Sequence record: SRR31156797_966
Strand: one strand, 5' to 3'
Length of the DNA stretch: 50,326 bases
In this document: positions 36,610-48,778 of the stretch, in pieces
Numbering within the stretch: the stretch's first letter is position 1
How the letters are laid out: the number at the start of each line of letters is the position of its first letter
Program-made: the position numbers and the translations under genes
Notes under the pieces: generated by a model
The model's database searches: none
The model's input: the letters and a program-made list of their open reading frames with translations, nothing else
What the model was told of the DNA's origin: nothing

Positions 36610-36828
36610 ATGGAACAGAGAGAGATTGAAATCATCGAGCAGCTAGTGGGCCAGGACAGCGAAATTAACGCTCTATGGAACCAGCACAACGAATACAAGA
36701 AACTCATCGATAAAATGGAAGCAAAAAGCTTTCTGAGTGAAACTGAAACTCAGGAAGTTAAAGAACTCAAAAAGAAAAAACTCGCTGGAAAGACAAAGCT
36801 GCAAGCTTTGCTCGACAAGCATAAATAA
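36610..36828 (+). CDS. DUF465 (YdcH-like) small coiled-coil protein
   Basis: LWNQH..Y, ELKKKKLAGK; AAGGAG RBS. Confidence 0.75.
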   Translation: MEQREIEIIEQLVGQDSEINALWNQHNEYKKLIDKMEAKSFLSETETQEVKELKKKKLAGKTKLQALLDKHK

Positions 36829-36840
36829 GGGAGGGTAGCC

Positions 36841-38535
36841 ATGGAGCTCACCGGAGCTCAGATATTTCTTGAATGTCTGAAAAAGGAGGGTGTGGACGTC
36901 GTATTCGGATTCCCTGGAGGAGCCGTCATTGATATATACGACGAATTACCCAATTATCCGTTTAAGCACATACTTGTAAGGCACGAACAGGGTGCAATCC
37001 ATGCTGCGGACGGCTATGCACGCGCCACCGGCGATGTAGGGGTTTGTCTCGTGACATCAGGTCCCGGAGCAACCAACACTGTTACCGGCATAGCAACGGC
37101 ATACATGGATTCGATCCCGGTGGTTATTTTCACCGGGCAGGTTCCCACACCGCTGATCGGAAACGATGCGTTTCAGGAAGTGGATATCGTAGGAATCACC
37201 CGTCCCTGCACAAAGCATAATTATTTGGTGAAGGACATTAAAGACCTTGCCTACACTGTCCGACAGGCCTTTTATCTGGCCCGCACAGGACGTCCCGGCC
37301 CGGTTCTGGTTGACCTGCCCAAGGACATTATGCAGCAGAAATTTGAGTTCGAATGGCCTGAAGATGTGTCGCTGCGGAGCTACAACCCTAATCTGAAACC
37401 GCATGCGCGGCAGATTAAAAAAGTCGCAAAATTGATCGAAGGTGCAGAAAGACCCTTGATTTATGCAGGCGGAGGGGTTATCAGCTCTGGAGCTGAGGAT
37501 GAATTGACATGGCTCGCAAAGAGTCTGAACATTCCGGTGACCGCTACCCTTATGGGGCTGGGCGCCTTTCCCGGAGATGACCCCTTTTGGCTGGGGATGC
37601 TGGGAATGCACGGCACCTATGCCGCAAACATGGCAATAAATAACGCGGACCTCGTCCTGGCAATCGGGGCGAGGTTCGATGACCGTGTGACCGGTAAGGT
37701 CAGCACTTTTGCCCCTAAAGCCACTCTTGTTCACATCGATATTGACCCCACTTCAATTCAGAAGAACGTAGCCGTACACGTGCCTCTGGTCGCTGACTGC
37801 AAAAGTGCACTGTCTGCATTAAAGAGTGAAATGGAACCGAACCTTGATTCCGTTGATTGGGAAGTAGCCCACGCTGTATGGGTCAGACAGGTTCAGGAAT
37901 GGTCAGAAACTCATCCCCTGCGATATAAAAAGGGCGATACCGAATACATTAAGCCCCAACGTGTTGTGGAGAAAGTCTACGAAATCAGCAATGGTGATGC
38001 CATCGTCGCTACTGAAGTAGGCCAGAACCAGATGTGGGCCGCCCAGTTCTATAAGTTTAAACGTTCCAAATCTTTCCTTTCATCAGGTGGTCTCGGTACC
38101 ATGGGCTTCGGTTTTCCCGCAGCTATCGGTGCTCAGATGGCCTTCCCCGACAAACTTGTGGTGAATATTGCCGGTGACGGTTCTATTCAGATGAATATTC
38201 AGGAAATGATGACTGCTGTCTGCAACAACCTTCCCGTAAAAATTGTTATTTTGAATAACGGCTATCTCGGAATGGTCCGCCAGTGGCAGGAGCTTTTTTA
38301 CAATCGCAACTACTGTGAAACCTGCATGGATGCCCAGCCGGACTTCGTTAAACTTGCCGAAGCATACGGAGCAGCCGGGTACAGGGTGACTGAAGAAAAA
38401 GACCTCGAACCGATGCTCAAGGAAGCTTTCTCCAACGGAAAGCCGACCATCGTCGATGTCCGTGTAGATCCGGAAGAGAACGTGTATCCCATGGTTCCCG
38501 CTGGTGCTTCATTAACCGACATGCTGCTCGTTTAG
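36841..38535 (+). CDS. ilvB: Acetolactate synthase large subunit
   Basis: [29 protein letters not shown] motif, GMVRQWQ. Confidence 0.97.
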   Translation: MELTGAQIFLECLKKEGVDVVFGFPGGAVIDIYDELPNYPFKHILVRHEQGAIHAADGYARATGDVGVCLVTSGPGATNTVTGIATAYMDSIPVVIFTGQVPTPLIGNDAFQEVDIVGITRPCTKHNYLVKDIKDLAYTVRQAFYLARTGRPGPVLVDLPKDIMQQKFEFEWPEDVSLRSYNPNLKPHARQIKKVAKLIEGAERPLIYAGGGVISSGAEDELTWLAKSLNIPVTATLMGLGAFPGDDPFWLGMLGMHGTYAANMAINNADLVLAIGARFDDRVTGKVSTFAPKATLVHIDIDPTSIQKNVAVHVPLVADCKSALSALKSEMEPNLDSVDWEVAHAVWVRQVQEWSETHPLRYKKGDTEYIKPQRVVEKVYEISNGDAIVATEVGQNQMWAAQFYKFKRSKSFLSSGGLGTMGFGFPAAIGAQMAFPDKLVVNIAGDGSIQMNIQEMMTAVCNNLPVKIVILNNGYLGMVRQWQELFYNRNYCETCMDAQPDFVKLAEAYGAAGYRVTEEKDLEPMLKEAFSNGKPTIVDVRVDPEENVYPMVPAGASLTDMLLV

Positions 38536-38544
38536 GAGGAAGTA

Positions 38545-40142
<1,598 letters not shown>

Positions 40143-40168
40143 ATAGTCACTTTTGGTGAACAATTTAT

Positions 40169-40216
40169 GGCCCGCGTGAAAAAAGTATTATTTATATAAC
40201 CTTTTTTGCGCGGGTC
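40169..40216 (+). terminator. Possible terminator hairpin after ilvC
   Basis: GGCCCGCGTGAAAAAAG..CTTTTTTGCGCGGGTC imperfect stem. Confidence 0.45.
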
Positions 40217-40426
40217 TATTGCTCTTTTATCCTTACTGGGGTATGGGGCTACTAGGATACCGGATTTCAGCCGAATATCGTAGATTGTCTGTATGGGTAT
40301 TTAGTTGAATGGTTTACGGGCTAGGGGCGTGATTCTGGCCTGTAGCAAAGTGTGGTCGACGAATTTTTGATTCTGACCGGCTGTCTGGGTTGTTTTAAGT
40401 CTTAACGTTTTATGGAGTTTTTTGAG

Positions 40427-40693
40427 ATGTCGAAGAACATTTACGTGGGTAATCTTCCCTGGAGTGCGTCTGAGGAAGATGTAAGGGCAGCTTTTGAAGA
40501 ATTTGGTGAAGTAGTTTCTGTTAAACTCATCAATGATCGTGAAACAGGCCGCCCCCGCGGATTCGGTTTTGTTGAAATGGAAGACAATGGTGCAATCAAA
40601 GCTATTGAAAGCCTTGATGGTACTGACTTCGGTGGCCGTAACTTAAAAGTTAATGAAGCCCGCCCGAGGGAAGAGCGTCCCAGACGCTGGTAA
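40427..40693 (+). CDS. RRM-domain RNA-binding protein
   Basis: RNP2 IYVGNL, RNP1 RGFGFVEM, LKVNEARPRE. Confidence 0.95.
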   Translation: MSKNIYVGNLPWSASEEDVRAAFEEFGEVVSVKLINDRETGRPRGFGFVEMEDNGAIKAIESLDGTDFGGRNLKVNEARPREERPRRW

Positions 40694-40811
40694 TTTGTAG
40701 CAATTTGGTATAAAGCCCCTTTGGGCAGGTGGAAACAGCTCGTTTTCACCAAAGCCATTTTGTACCTAAAGACAGTCTTGATATTCCCGTTATCCGGGGA
40801 AATCGAAAATT

Positions 40812-40848
40812 AAGCCCGCTGTCGCAGTAGCGTATGCGGGCTTTTTTT
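40812..40848 (+). terminator. Intrinsic terminator just upstream of infA (attenuator-like)
   Basis: AAGCCCGC-N16-GCGGGCTT within a T7 run, ending about 30 nt before the infA start. Confidence 0.75.
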
Positions 40849-40877
40849 ATGAACATACAATAGTAAGAGGAAAAGTT

Positions 40878-41096
40878 TTGGCTAAAGAAGAAGGAATTGC
40901 AGTTAATGGCACCGTGGAAGAAGCTCTCCCTAACGCAATGTTTCGCGTAGAGCTTGAAAACGGTCATGAGGTTCTGGCTCACATCTCCGGCAAGATGCGT
41001 AAATTTCGCATCAGGGTTATGCCCGGTGACAAGGTGACTGTTGAGCTTTCTCCTTATGATCTTACTCGTGGCAGAATTACTTACCGTCCCCGGTAG
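40878..41096 (+). CDS. infA: Translation initiation factor IF-1
   Basis: [55 protein letters not shown] start. Confidence 0.97.
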   Translation: MAKEEGIAVNGTVEEALPNAMFRVELENGHEVLAHISGKMRKFRIRVMPGDKVTVELSPYDLTRGRITYRPR

Positions 41097-41136
41097 TAGC
41101 TACTCGAGATTTCACGATACCTGTATCGATGGAATA

Positions 41137-41177
41137 CCCCATGCGGGGTCGGTCCTTCTGTAACCGGCCCCGTGGGA
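41137..41177. terminator. Hairpin between convergent infA and tsaA
   Basis: CGGGGTCGGT..ACCGGCCCCG GC-rich stem. Confidence 0.5.
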
Positions 41178-41194
41178 TGGTGGTATGTCCATGT

Positions 41195-41587
41195 TTAACG
41201 CTGGGCGATTTTTATGTCTACCAGCGGTGTTCCGTCTATGGCTTCCATAGGGCGGACTTTTATTTTGCAGCCGTCAATGGCGGTGATGGTCACCGGGTGC
41301 AGGCCGATAGGATTAGGTCTGTCCGGGGAACGGGTTGAGAATACACCCCGTTTTGGACGTGATTCATCGCCACGCGGATGGACTTTTTGATAGTTCCGAT
41401 CTGCTTTGTGGAACCACGTGAAGAGCAATATCTCTGCATCTGTTTCCAGTCCTTCCAGCGCATCCCTGTATTCTTCTTTTATTTCCACTGTAGCTTCAAT
41501 TCCTCCCTCGTTGCCTTGCTTGGGGGCATTCTCGCGCGTTTTGATGTCTGAGCGTAAATAGCCGATGATTTCAAGTGTCGTGTTCAT
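41195..41587 (-). CDS. tsaA: tRNA m6t6A37 methyltransferase TsaA/TrmO family
   Basis: IGYLRS..APKQG, GVFSTRSPDRPNPIGL, IDGTPLVDIK. Confidence 0.88.
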   Translation of the reverse strand: MNTTLEIIGYLRSDIKTRENAPKQGNEGGIEATVEIKEEYRDALEGLETDAEILLFTWFHKADRNYQKVHPRGDESRPKRGVFSTRSPDRPNPIGLHPVTITAIDGCKIKVRPMEAIDGTPLVDIKIAQR

Positions 41588-41723
41588 ATAGCCATGCCTC
41601 CGGTTACCCTTCTAGGGCCAAAGAAGTATTTTAAGAGTTGAAATTTAAAAAAATGGTAATTGATTTTAGTTTTCATATAGAAACTAGTTTTTTTGTTTAT
41701 TCATGTCCAGCGTAGACAAAAAG

Positions 41724-41762
41724 AAAAGCGGGTAACCTGATTGTCAGGTTACCCGCTTTTTT
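41724..41762. terminator. Intrinsic terminator downstream of nhaB
   Basis: AAAAGCGGGTAACCTGA-ttg-TCAGGTTACCCGCTTTT perfect stem. Confidence 0.85.
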
Positions 41763-41783
41763 ATTGCGATTTATAAGTATGGT

Positions 41784-43406
41784 TTACAGAAACCAGTCTA
41801 CAGCCAGCAGTCCTGCGATGGACATGGTGATGGTGTAGGGCAGTGCCAGCAGAACCATTCTGCCGTAGGAGAGCCTGATAACCGGAGCCAGCGCACTGGT
41901 CAGCAGGAAGAGGAATGCGGCCTGTCCGTTCGGTGTTGCAACGGAAGGGATGTTGGTTCCGGTGTTAATTGCTACAGCGAGTTTGTCGAACTGCTGCATG
42001 GCTGCATGAACCTGTGTGCCTGCTGCCTGAGGCAGTGTGGCGATGACATCCGCGCGTACTGCGTGGGGATCGGTCAGCTTGGCCATCAGTTCCTGTCCGC
42101 TCATACCGATATTGGGGATGGCATCAAGTACGTGTACAAAATGCATCTTAGTTTCGGAGATGTAGACAGTAGCAACGAATACGTTATCGGAAATGGCGGA
42201 GAGCAACCCGTTGGCGGCGTAGTATGCCATGAGCTGGGTCTGGCCCTGCAGGCTCAGTACGTATGCGATGATAGGTTTGAACAGTTCCTGAGAGTGAATA
42301 ACAGCAACTACAGCGAAGAACACAACCAGCAGTGCGGTGAAGGGCAGAGCTTCTTCAAACGCTGGCCCGATACGGCCTTCTTCGATGACACCGGTAAATG
42401 CGGTAAGTAGAACAATAATAGAGAGGCCGACAATACCGACTGCAGCCAAATGGAAGGCCAGGGCAAGAATCAGCCAGACACCGATCAGTGCCTGAATGAT
42501 CAGCTTTACTTTACCGGCCTGTCCCTGTTTTTTTTCCTGACGCATGGCTTCTTCGAAAAGGAAGGAGCGGATGTTGCCGGGCAGAGAGTATCCATAACCG
42601 CAGACTTTGAACTGCTCTGTGAGCAGGCAGGTCAGCATACCAATAACGAAAACGGGCATGGTTACAGGCGCCATGTTTATAGCAAAGGGAATGAAGTGCC
42701 AGCCCATTTCGTGACCGATGAGCAGGTTCTGGGGTTCACCTACGAGGGTGCAGACACCACCGAGAGCGGTACCTACTGCACCGTGCATCATGAGGTTACG
42801 CAGGAAGCCGCGGAACTCTTTGAGTTCTTGGCGGTTTTTTTCTTTGAGGTGCAGGTCGGAATCAAGGCTGTGAGAGCCTTTGTCTGCACCGCTGGAAACG
42901 TATTTATGGTAAACGCTGTAAAAGCCGAGCGCTACAGCCATGATAACTGCGGTAACTGTCAGCGCATCAAGGAATGCGGAAAGAAATGCTCCGGCAAAGC
43001 AAAACAGTAGGGAGATCAGTTTTTTGGAGCGGACGTTGACCAGAATACGGGTGAAGGTGAACTGCAGGAAGTCCTTCATGAAGTGAATTCCTGCTACCAT
43101 GAAGATCAGCAGCAGGATAACTTCAAAGTTATGGTGTGCTTCGTGATAGATGGTTTCAGGGGTGGTCAGGCCGATAATGACGGCTTCCATGGCCAGCAAA
43201 CCACCTGCAGGCAGAGGGTAGCATTTAAGAGCCATGGTCAGGGTGAAAATAAATTCAGCAATGAGAACCCATCCTGCTACGAAAGGTCCAGCGGTTGCCA
43301 TAATTATAGGGTTGATGACCAGAAAGGCCAGAATAGCCAGTTTGTACCACATCGGGGCGTGGCCCAGAAAGGTATTCACAAAAGTCTTTGCTAATGTTTT
43401 GGGCAT
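41784..43406 (-). CDS. nhaB: Na+/H+ antiporter NhaB
   Basis: [68 protein letters not shown]. Confidence 0.95.
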   Translation of the reverse strand: MPKTLAKTFVNTFLGHAPMWYKLAILAFLVINPIIMATAGPFVAGWVLIAEFIFTLTMALKCYPLPAGGLLAMEAVIIGLTTPETIYHEAHHNFEVILLLIFMVAGIHFMKDFLQFTFTRILVNVRSKKLISLLFCFAGAFLSAFLDALTVTAVIMAVALGFYSVYHKYVSSGADKGSHSLDSDLHLKEKNRQELKEFRGFLRNLMMHGAVGTALGGVCTLVGEPQNLLIGHEMGWHFIPFAINMAPVTMPVFVIGMLTCLLTEQFKVCGYGYSLPGNIRSFLFEEAMRQEKKQGQAGKVKLIIQALIGVWLILALAFHLAAVGIVGLSIIVLLTAFTGVIEEGRIGPAFEEALPFTALLVVFFAVVAVIHSQELFKPIIAYVLSLQGQTQLMAYYAANGLLSAISDNVFVATVYISETKMHFVHVLDAIPNIGMSGQELMAKLTDPHAVRADVIATLPQAAGTQVHAAMQQFDKLAVAINTGTNIPSVATPNGQAAFLFLLTSALAPVIRLSYGRMVLLALPYTITMSIAGLLAVDWFL

Positions 43407-43857
43407 AGCTTCTCTCCATTCGCTTAGATCTGTAAAACAATGAATACTGAAAATAAAATCCCGGCATATCCCGTTGTTGTGGTGTGGTTGATATGGCTCG
43501 CGGGAAATGCGTAAAGCTTGAAGCCGGGGTGGGGCACTGCCGAAGGGCCTAGTTCTGGCGATGGTCCGGGGCGGTGTCGCAGGTATCAGTATGTATAGGT
43601 GGACATAATTCCACTATCCTTCGGCGGGTTTTATATGCCTCTGTTGAACAGATGTCCAGTTGTGAAGGGTTAAATTATAGTATTATATGATTTTCAGTTT
43701 ATAAATGGGAAAAAATTCACATATAATTGAAATGAAAGGTTAAGTTCAAAGCTTTTAACTCTATAGTTAAGTATTTATGTTTTACATTTAATGCATGACA
43801 CCAGCTTTTATAAGGTGTTATGTTTGTGTTTCGAACCATTCAAGACTGGGGGGTCGC

Positions 43858-44034
43858 ATGGATTTCGAAAGCATTTTAAGTTTATTTGCTGTTGTTGCGG
43901 TTATTTTGGTTATGCTCAAATTTAAAAAGAAGAATTCCCGGGGAGGAGGTCGGCGGGATCGTTATGACGACGATTATTATGAGGACCAGACTAATGAATA
44001 TTCTGGTGGTGGTAATTCCGGCGATGATGATTGA
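43858..44034 (+). CDS. Small single-pass membrane protein (58 aa)
   Basis: GGGGG RBS; MDFESILSLFAVVAVILVMLKFKKK then Gly/Asp/Tyr-rich tail. Confidence 0.6.
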   Translation: MDFESILSLFAVVAVILVMLKFKKKNSRGGGRRDRYDDDYYEDQTNEYSGGGNSGDDD

Positions 44035-44065
44035 TTTTCGTCTTTGAATTTAGAGGTGGAGACTG

Positions 44066-45196
44066 GTGAGAGTTATTTGTTGTTTGATTGCATTTGTATT
44101 TTGTTGTGCGAACTCTGCTTCGGCCTCTTCGCTTGAAGATGTATGGGGCGAGGTGCATCCTTTGCTCTCTGAAGCTGTTTCCGAATTGGACCTGCGCTCC
44201 AGTGTTCCGGATTCTTCTTGGAATCCTCTGGAAGCGGATAAGGACAGTGTAGACAGTAAGATAAATGATCTGTTGGATGAATGTATCGAGGTTTTGGGTA
44301 TTTCAGGTCTGTCGGAATCCAAAGTTGCCATCCGGAAACTGCAGGAGGATTCCCGCTATTGTCGTGAGCGGGTGGCAGAGCTTAAAACTGAGCGACTTGC
44401 TGCGCCTAAAAAAGTAAAAAAGTGGGAAGTTTGGAAAAAGGATGCGGATTCTATTGATGCGGAGATCAGGGATCTCAAAATACGTGAGGAAGAAAATAGT
44501 AAGCGCATTGAGCTTTTGATTGACCAGTTGCTCAGTGAAATGCAGGCCATTGGTATGAAGGTTGATCGGGAGCAGGTGGAAACGCTTGTATACAGCGTCA
44601 CTGGGGATGATGATGTGCGTCTTGTTTCCGTATTCAATAATGTGAAGCTGATTACTACGGAATTGCAACGTCTTACGGCTGAAGCCAATGAGAATATTGA
44701 AATGGCTAAGCGTTATTATGGCATGCATACCTTGCTGCTCCGTATCCTGCTTAATCTTTACGACAGTTATGAGCAGAAGATAGATGACATTTATCTGGTT
44801 AGTATTGCTGAGATAGTCAAGAAACAGGAAGAATTGATTCAGAGGACTGTAGAGAAGATAAACAATGAACCTGCCAAGTATCGGGGGATATACAAGACTA
44901 ATCTTGCAGCACAAGGACTGACTGTGAGAACGGCAAAATTGTATTCCGATTATCTGCGTAAAAATAGAAAACGTGTTGCGAATGCAAAATCCGGTATTTA
45001 TCATGAGTACGAGGTGGCTCTGAATACCTATGAGACCGTTCAGGGGGTGCACAGCCTTATTAGCCTGATGCGGGATGCTAATGCTATGCTGGACCGTATT
45101 TCAGAGCTGCAAACTCCTGATCTGGTGGTTTTTCAGAATATTGAGATGAAAACTGAATTCAGGAAATTAACAAGCAGGATTAATTCGTTGAAATAA
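44066..45196 (+). CDS. Exported coiled-coil hypothetical protein
   Basis: GGAG RBS, signal peptide ending ASA, helical composition. Confidence 0.75.
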   Translation: MRVICCLIAFVFCCANSASASSLEDVWGEVHPLLSEAVSELDLRSSVPDSSWNPLEADKDSVDSKINDLLDECIEVLGISGLSESKVAIRKLQEDSRYCRERVAELKTERLAAPKKVKKWEVWKKDADSIDAEIRDLKIREEENSKRIELLIDQLLSEMQAIGMKVDREQVETLVYSVTGDDDVRLVSVFNNVKLITTELQRLTAEANENIEMAKRYYGMHTLLLRILLNLYDSYEQKIDDIYLVSIAEIVKKQEELIQRTVEKINNEPAKYRGIYKTNLAAQGLTVRTAKLYSDYLRKNRKRVANAKSGIYHEYEVALNTYETVQGVHSLISLMRDANAMLDRISELQTPDLVVFQNIEMKTEFRKLTSRINSLK

Positions 45197-45228
45197 TATA
45201 AATTCCAAACGATTATTAATCACAGATT

Positions 45229-45262
45229 AACCGTGCGTTATTAAAAATACGCACGGTTTTTT
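45229..45262 (+). terminator. Intrinsic terminator
   Basis: AACCGTGCGT..ACGCACGGTT followed by T run. Confidence 0.75.
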
Positions 45263-45363
45263 ATTTCTCCTCGTTGTCTTATATTTTTTATAGTGGTATG
45301 TCTGGTAGGGCTAAAATATCTGTCTGGGTGATGTGTTCTGCTGGATGGAGAACGGGAGGCTTT

Positions 45364-48354
45364 ATGGAGCGGAAATGGTCGATAGCATTAATTATCAGTT
45401 GTTTGCTTGTGGGGACATGCCTTTTAACCACGGCGACAATTCTTTTTATCGTCAAGAGTCAGTCTGATCAGGCTGCCATTGAGTCTGCTGAGGAGTATTT
45501 TGAGGAAATAACTGGTAAGACAGCCGCAAAGCTTGATGCTTTCATTGATCCCGTTGCAGTTCTTGCCAATGTTGCCGGGGCAACTCTTTCCAGTGACAGT
45601 GATTCAGCACATTACAAAAAATTTAAGTCCTTAAAGGTTATGCTCGATTCAAATACTCAATTGATGTCTGCATATATCGGGTATGATGACGGTGGTTTTT
45701 ATCAGGTTATTGCTCCTCGCGGGACTAGAAAGATTCTTGCTAAGTATGAAGCACCGGAAGGATGCGCTTATATTGAACGGTTGCTTCGCGTGAAAGATGG
45801 TAAAGGTAAAGTTCAGCGTTGGCGCTATTATGATTCTTCACAGCACATGCTTGGGGAACGTTTTGACACCTCACCATATGATCCACGTGAACGGCAATGG
45901 TATCGGCAGGCTCTTCTCTCTTGTGGAAGTATTTTTACCTCCCCTTATGTTTTCAGCAGCTCTGGAATGCCGGGGATAACCTGTGCCAGAACCCTTGGGG
46001 ATGGCACGGGAGTTTTTGGATTGGACATCTCTTTAAAACAGTTGGGCATTATGCTTGCAAAACAGCATGTCAGCAACAACGGTTTGCTTTGGATTGTGGA
46101 TAACGATAACCGCATGGTTGCATATCCAGATAAGGACTGGTCGTTGGCAGGGAATGATTTGCAGCTTCCTATGGCAAGTTCGTATCCTGACCGGACTGTA
46201 GAGTGTGTGGCCCGTCATATCCCCATGCCAGAATATAGCAAAACTTGCTGTTCTTTCTTCGAAGGTGCAGATGGTCAGGACTATATGGCTAGTCTTACTC
46301 CGATTTATGGGAATAGCGGCTTGCAATTGGTTATTGCCGCAGCCGCTCCGGTAAGTGATGTTACTGGCCATATCTCCAGAATGTCTACTCGAATCCTGTA
46401 CAGTTCTGCAATTCTCCTACTGGTTTTGTCCTTTGCTTCTGCATATATTGGTCGCAGGGGAACCCGAACCATGGAAGTCCTTTTGCGTGAGGCGAAGAAA
46501 GTACAGAATTTTGATTTTTCCGAGTCGCCTCCTCTTGATTCGAGAATTAAAGAGCTCGATACCCTTGGTAAAGCCGGACTTCTTATGAAGGAAACCATCC
46601 GTGATAAGACTACGAATCTTATCGCTACTCAGGGAAAATTGGAAAAACTTGTTACCTGTGGTTTAGCTCTTTCTTCTGAAAAGGATCTTGAAAAAATTGT
46701 TTCACTGATTTTTGATTCAGCGCGCGACCTTGTGGAGGCGGATGGCGGGGTAATGTATTTAATGGAAGGAAATAAGCTGGCAGTTGAATTGCTTTCCCTT
46801 GACTCTTCCAGTGTCGTTCTTGGTGGGCTTTCAGACAATCCAGTGCCCAGAGTTATGGTTATCCCGGAAATTATTGATTTTGTAAGCAAGGATTCAGTGT
46901 TGCGCTACGCCTGTGAGGCTTATAACAAGCGTCAGGTTCTTTCTGTAAAAGGAGTGCAGCTTTCGTTGTTTCCTACCGGGCTTGCGCAGGAACCGGAGCG
47001 TGGACATATTCATTCAATGATAACCGCTCCTATCATTACGAGAAGTGATGAAATTCTTGGCGTTGTGCAGTTATTTAATCCCAAAGAAAGGAATATTTCT
47101 GAAGAGGGTCTGGACGATTTGCTAGGGTCGCTTGTTGCTCAGGCTGCAGTGGGGTTGGATAATCATAATCTGGTTAATTCTCTTGAAGAATTGTTTGATG
47201 CATTTATCAAAGTTATTGCTGCCTCTATTGATGCCAAGTCTCCATATACTGGTGGGCATTGTACCCGGGTGCCGGTTTTGGCGGAGATGTTGACTAAGGC
47301 GGTACATGAGATGGACTCAGGGCCGTTAAAGAATTTTCGGGTTGAGACAGACGAAGAGTGGCGGGAGTTATGGGTTGCCGGTTGGCTTCATGATTGCGGG
47401 AAAGTTACCACACCGGAATATGTGGTGGATAAAGCCACAAAACTGGAGACCATCTATGACCGTATTCATGAAGTACGGATGAGGTTTGAAGTCCTGCGGC
47501 GAGATGCTGAGGTAGAATATTATCGAAATCTCGCCAATGGTGGTAATCAGAGTGCTCTGAAAGAAGAGTTGGATGCTGAAATCCAACAGTTGGAAGATGA
47601 TTTTGCTTTTCTTGCTGAGTGCAATATTGGCGGTGAATTTATGTCAGATGAGCGTAAGGAGCGTGTGGCCGAAATCGGTGAACGTCAGTGGTTGCGCTAT
47701 TTTGATAAGCGGCTGGGGGTAGGGCATTTGGAGCTTGAGCGTATGCGGGATTCACAATCAGATCTTCCTGTATTGGAAAAACTACTTATGGATGAGCCGG
47801 AGCACATTATTCCCAGAACCAAGAATTATGATCACTTCAGAGATGCGTTGGGTAATCCGCTTGTAGTGCCGGAAAACGAATACAATCGCGGTGAATTGTA
47901 TAACATGATGATTTCGCGGGGTACTCTGACTGAAGAAGAGCGGTTCAGGATTAATGAGCACATGCTTAGCGGGCTTGAGATGCTTTCCCAGATTCCTTTC
48001 CCAAAGCATCTTGAGAGGGTTACTGAAATAGCAACCGGACACCATGAGACATTGATCGGAACCGGATATCCTCTGAAAAAAGATAGATCCAGCCTTTCCG
48101 TTGAAACACGGATCCTAGCCATTGCTGATATTTTCGAAGCTCTCACTGCATCAGACAGACCTTACAAAAAAGCTAAGAAACTGTCTGAAGCGCTAAAGAT
48201 AATGACTTTTATGCGCGGGGATCAGCATATTGATGGCGATGTTATGGATGTTTTTTTGCGTAAGAATGTTTTTATGGAATATGCGGAAAAATTTCTCGCA
48301 CCGGAACAGTGTGATGTAGAAGATGTAACCCCGTATTTGAGAAAGGATAAATAG
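45364..48354 (+). CDS. Membrane sensor HD-GYP phosphodiesterase (Cache-HAMP-GAF-HD-GYP)
   Basis: TM; YDPRERQWY..FTSPY Cache motif; TM; GAF; IDAKSPYTGGHC.RV, LHDCGK, HHETLIGTGYP, ADIFEAL..DRPYKK; GGAGG RBS before ATG 45364. Confidence 0.9.
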   Translation: MERKWSIALIISCLLVGTCLLTTATILFIVKSQSDQAAIESAEEYFEEITGKTAAKLDAFIDPVAVLANVAGATLSSDSDSAHYKKFKSLKVMLDSNTQLMSAYIGYDDGGFYQVIAPRGTRKILAKYEAPEGCAYIERLLRVKDGKGKVQRWRYYDSSQHMLGERFDTSPYDPRERQWYRQALLSCGSIFTSPYVFSSSGMPGITCARTLGDGTGVFGLDISLKQLGIMLAKQHVSNNGLLWIVDNDNRMVAYPDKDWSLAGNDLQLPMASSYPDRTVECVARHIPMPEYSKTCCSFFEGADGQDYMASLTPIYGNSGLQLVIAAAAPVSDVTGHISRMSTRILYSSAILLLVLSFASAYIGRRGTRTMEVLLREAKKVQNFDFSESPPLDSRIKELDTLGKAGLLMKETIRDKTTNLIATQGKLEKLVTCGLALSSEKDLEKIVSLIFDSARDLVEADGGVMYLMEGNKLAVELLSLDSSSVVLGGLSDNPVPRVMVIPEIIDFVSKDSVLRYACEAYNKRQVLSVKGVQLSLFPTGLAQEPERGHIHSMITAPIITRSDEILGVVQLFNPKERNISEEGLDDLLGSLVAQAAVGLDNHNLVNSLEELFDAFIKVIAASIDAKSPYTGGHCTRVPVLAEMLTKAVHEMDSGPLKNFRVETDEEWRELWVAGWLHDCGKVTTPEYVVDKATKLETIYDRIHEVRMRFEVLRRDAEVEYYRNLANGGNQSALKEELDAEIQQLEDDFAFLAECNIGGEFMSDERKERVAEIGERQWLRYFDKRLGVGHLELERMRDSQSDLPVLEKLLMDEPEHIIPRTKNYDHFRDALGNPLVVPENEYNRGELYNMMISRGTLTEEERFRINEHMLSGLEMLSQIPFPKHLERVTEIATGHHETLIGTGYPLKKDRSSLSVETRILAIADIFEALTASDRPYKKAKKLSEALKIMTFMRGDQHIDGDVMDVFLRKNVFMEYAEKFLAPEQCDVEDVTPYLRKDK

Positions 48355-48370
48355 TTTTGGGAGGTATTGT

Positions 48371-48778
48371 ATGTCGATGTTAATGTGGAGTGATTCTTTG
48401 TCGGTCAGTATTACCGAAATTGATGACCAGCATAAGGGGTTGGTGGACATGGTTAATCGCGTTCACGATCTGCTTGTCTCCGGGGAAAGTGCTCGGCCTC
48501 AGGCTCTAGAGGTGATTGAAGATATGCGCAGGTATTCAGTGGAACATTTTGGCACTGAAGAAAAATTTATGGATCAATTTGAATATCCTGAGGCTCCGGC
48601 TCACAAGCTCAAGCATCAGGAATTTATTGATAAGGTCTCGGAGATTGAAAGTGGCTGTGCAGCTGGAACTTGCATCCTTACTATGGATATCTTGAACTAC
48701 TTAAGTGAATGGCTGGTTACGCATATAAACGATACTGATAAGAAATTGGGGGAATTTTTAAGAGGCCGAATTGGTTGA
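48371..48778 (+). CDS. Bacteriohemerythrin
   Basis: WSDSLSVSI.EIDDQH, HFGTEE, HKLKH, WLVTHINDTD: complete di-iron ligand set. Confidence 0.93.
   Translation: MSMLMWSDSLSVSITEIDDQHKGLVDMVNRVHDLLVSGESARPQALEVIEDMRRYSVEHFGTEEKFMDQFEYPEAPAHKLKHQEFIDKVSEIESGCAAGTCILTMDILNYLSEWLVTHINDTDKKLGEFLRGRIG

Noticed and set aside
41594-41603. ATGCCTCCGG resembling the REP arm
   Set aside because: It is the GGAGG RBS of tsaA on the minus strand
45274-45363. Extended N-termini in the ORF track (also ilvC, yajQ, yciI, RRM, divIVA)
   Set aside because: Downstream ATGs have clear RBSs and match family N-termini
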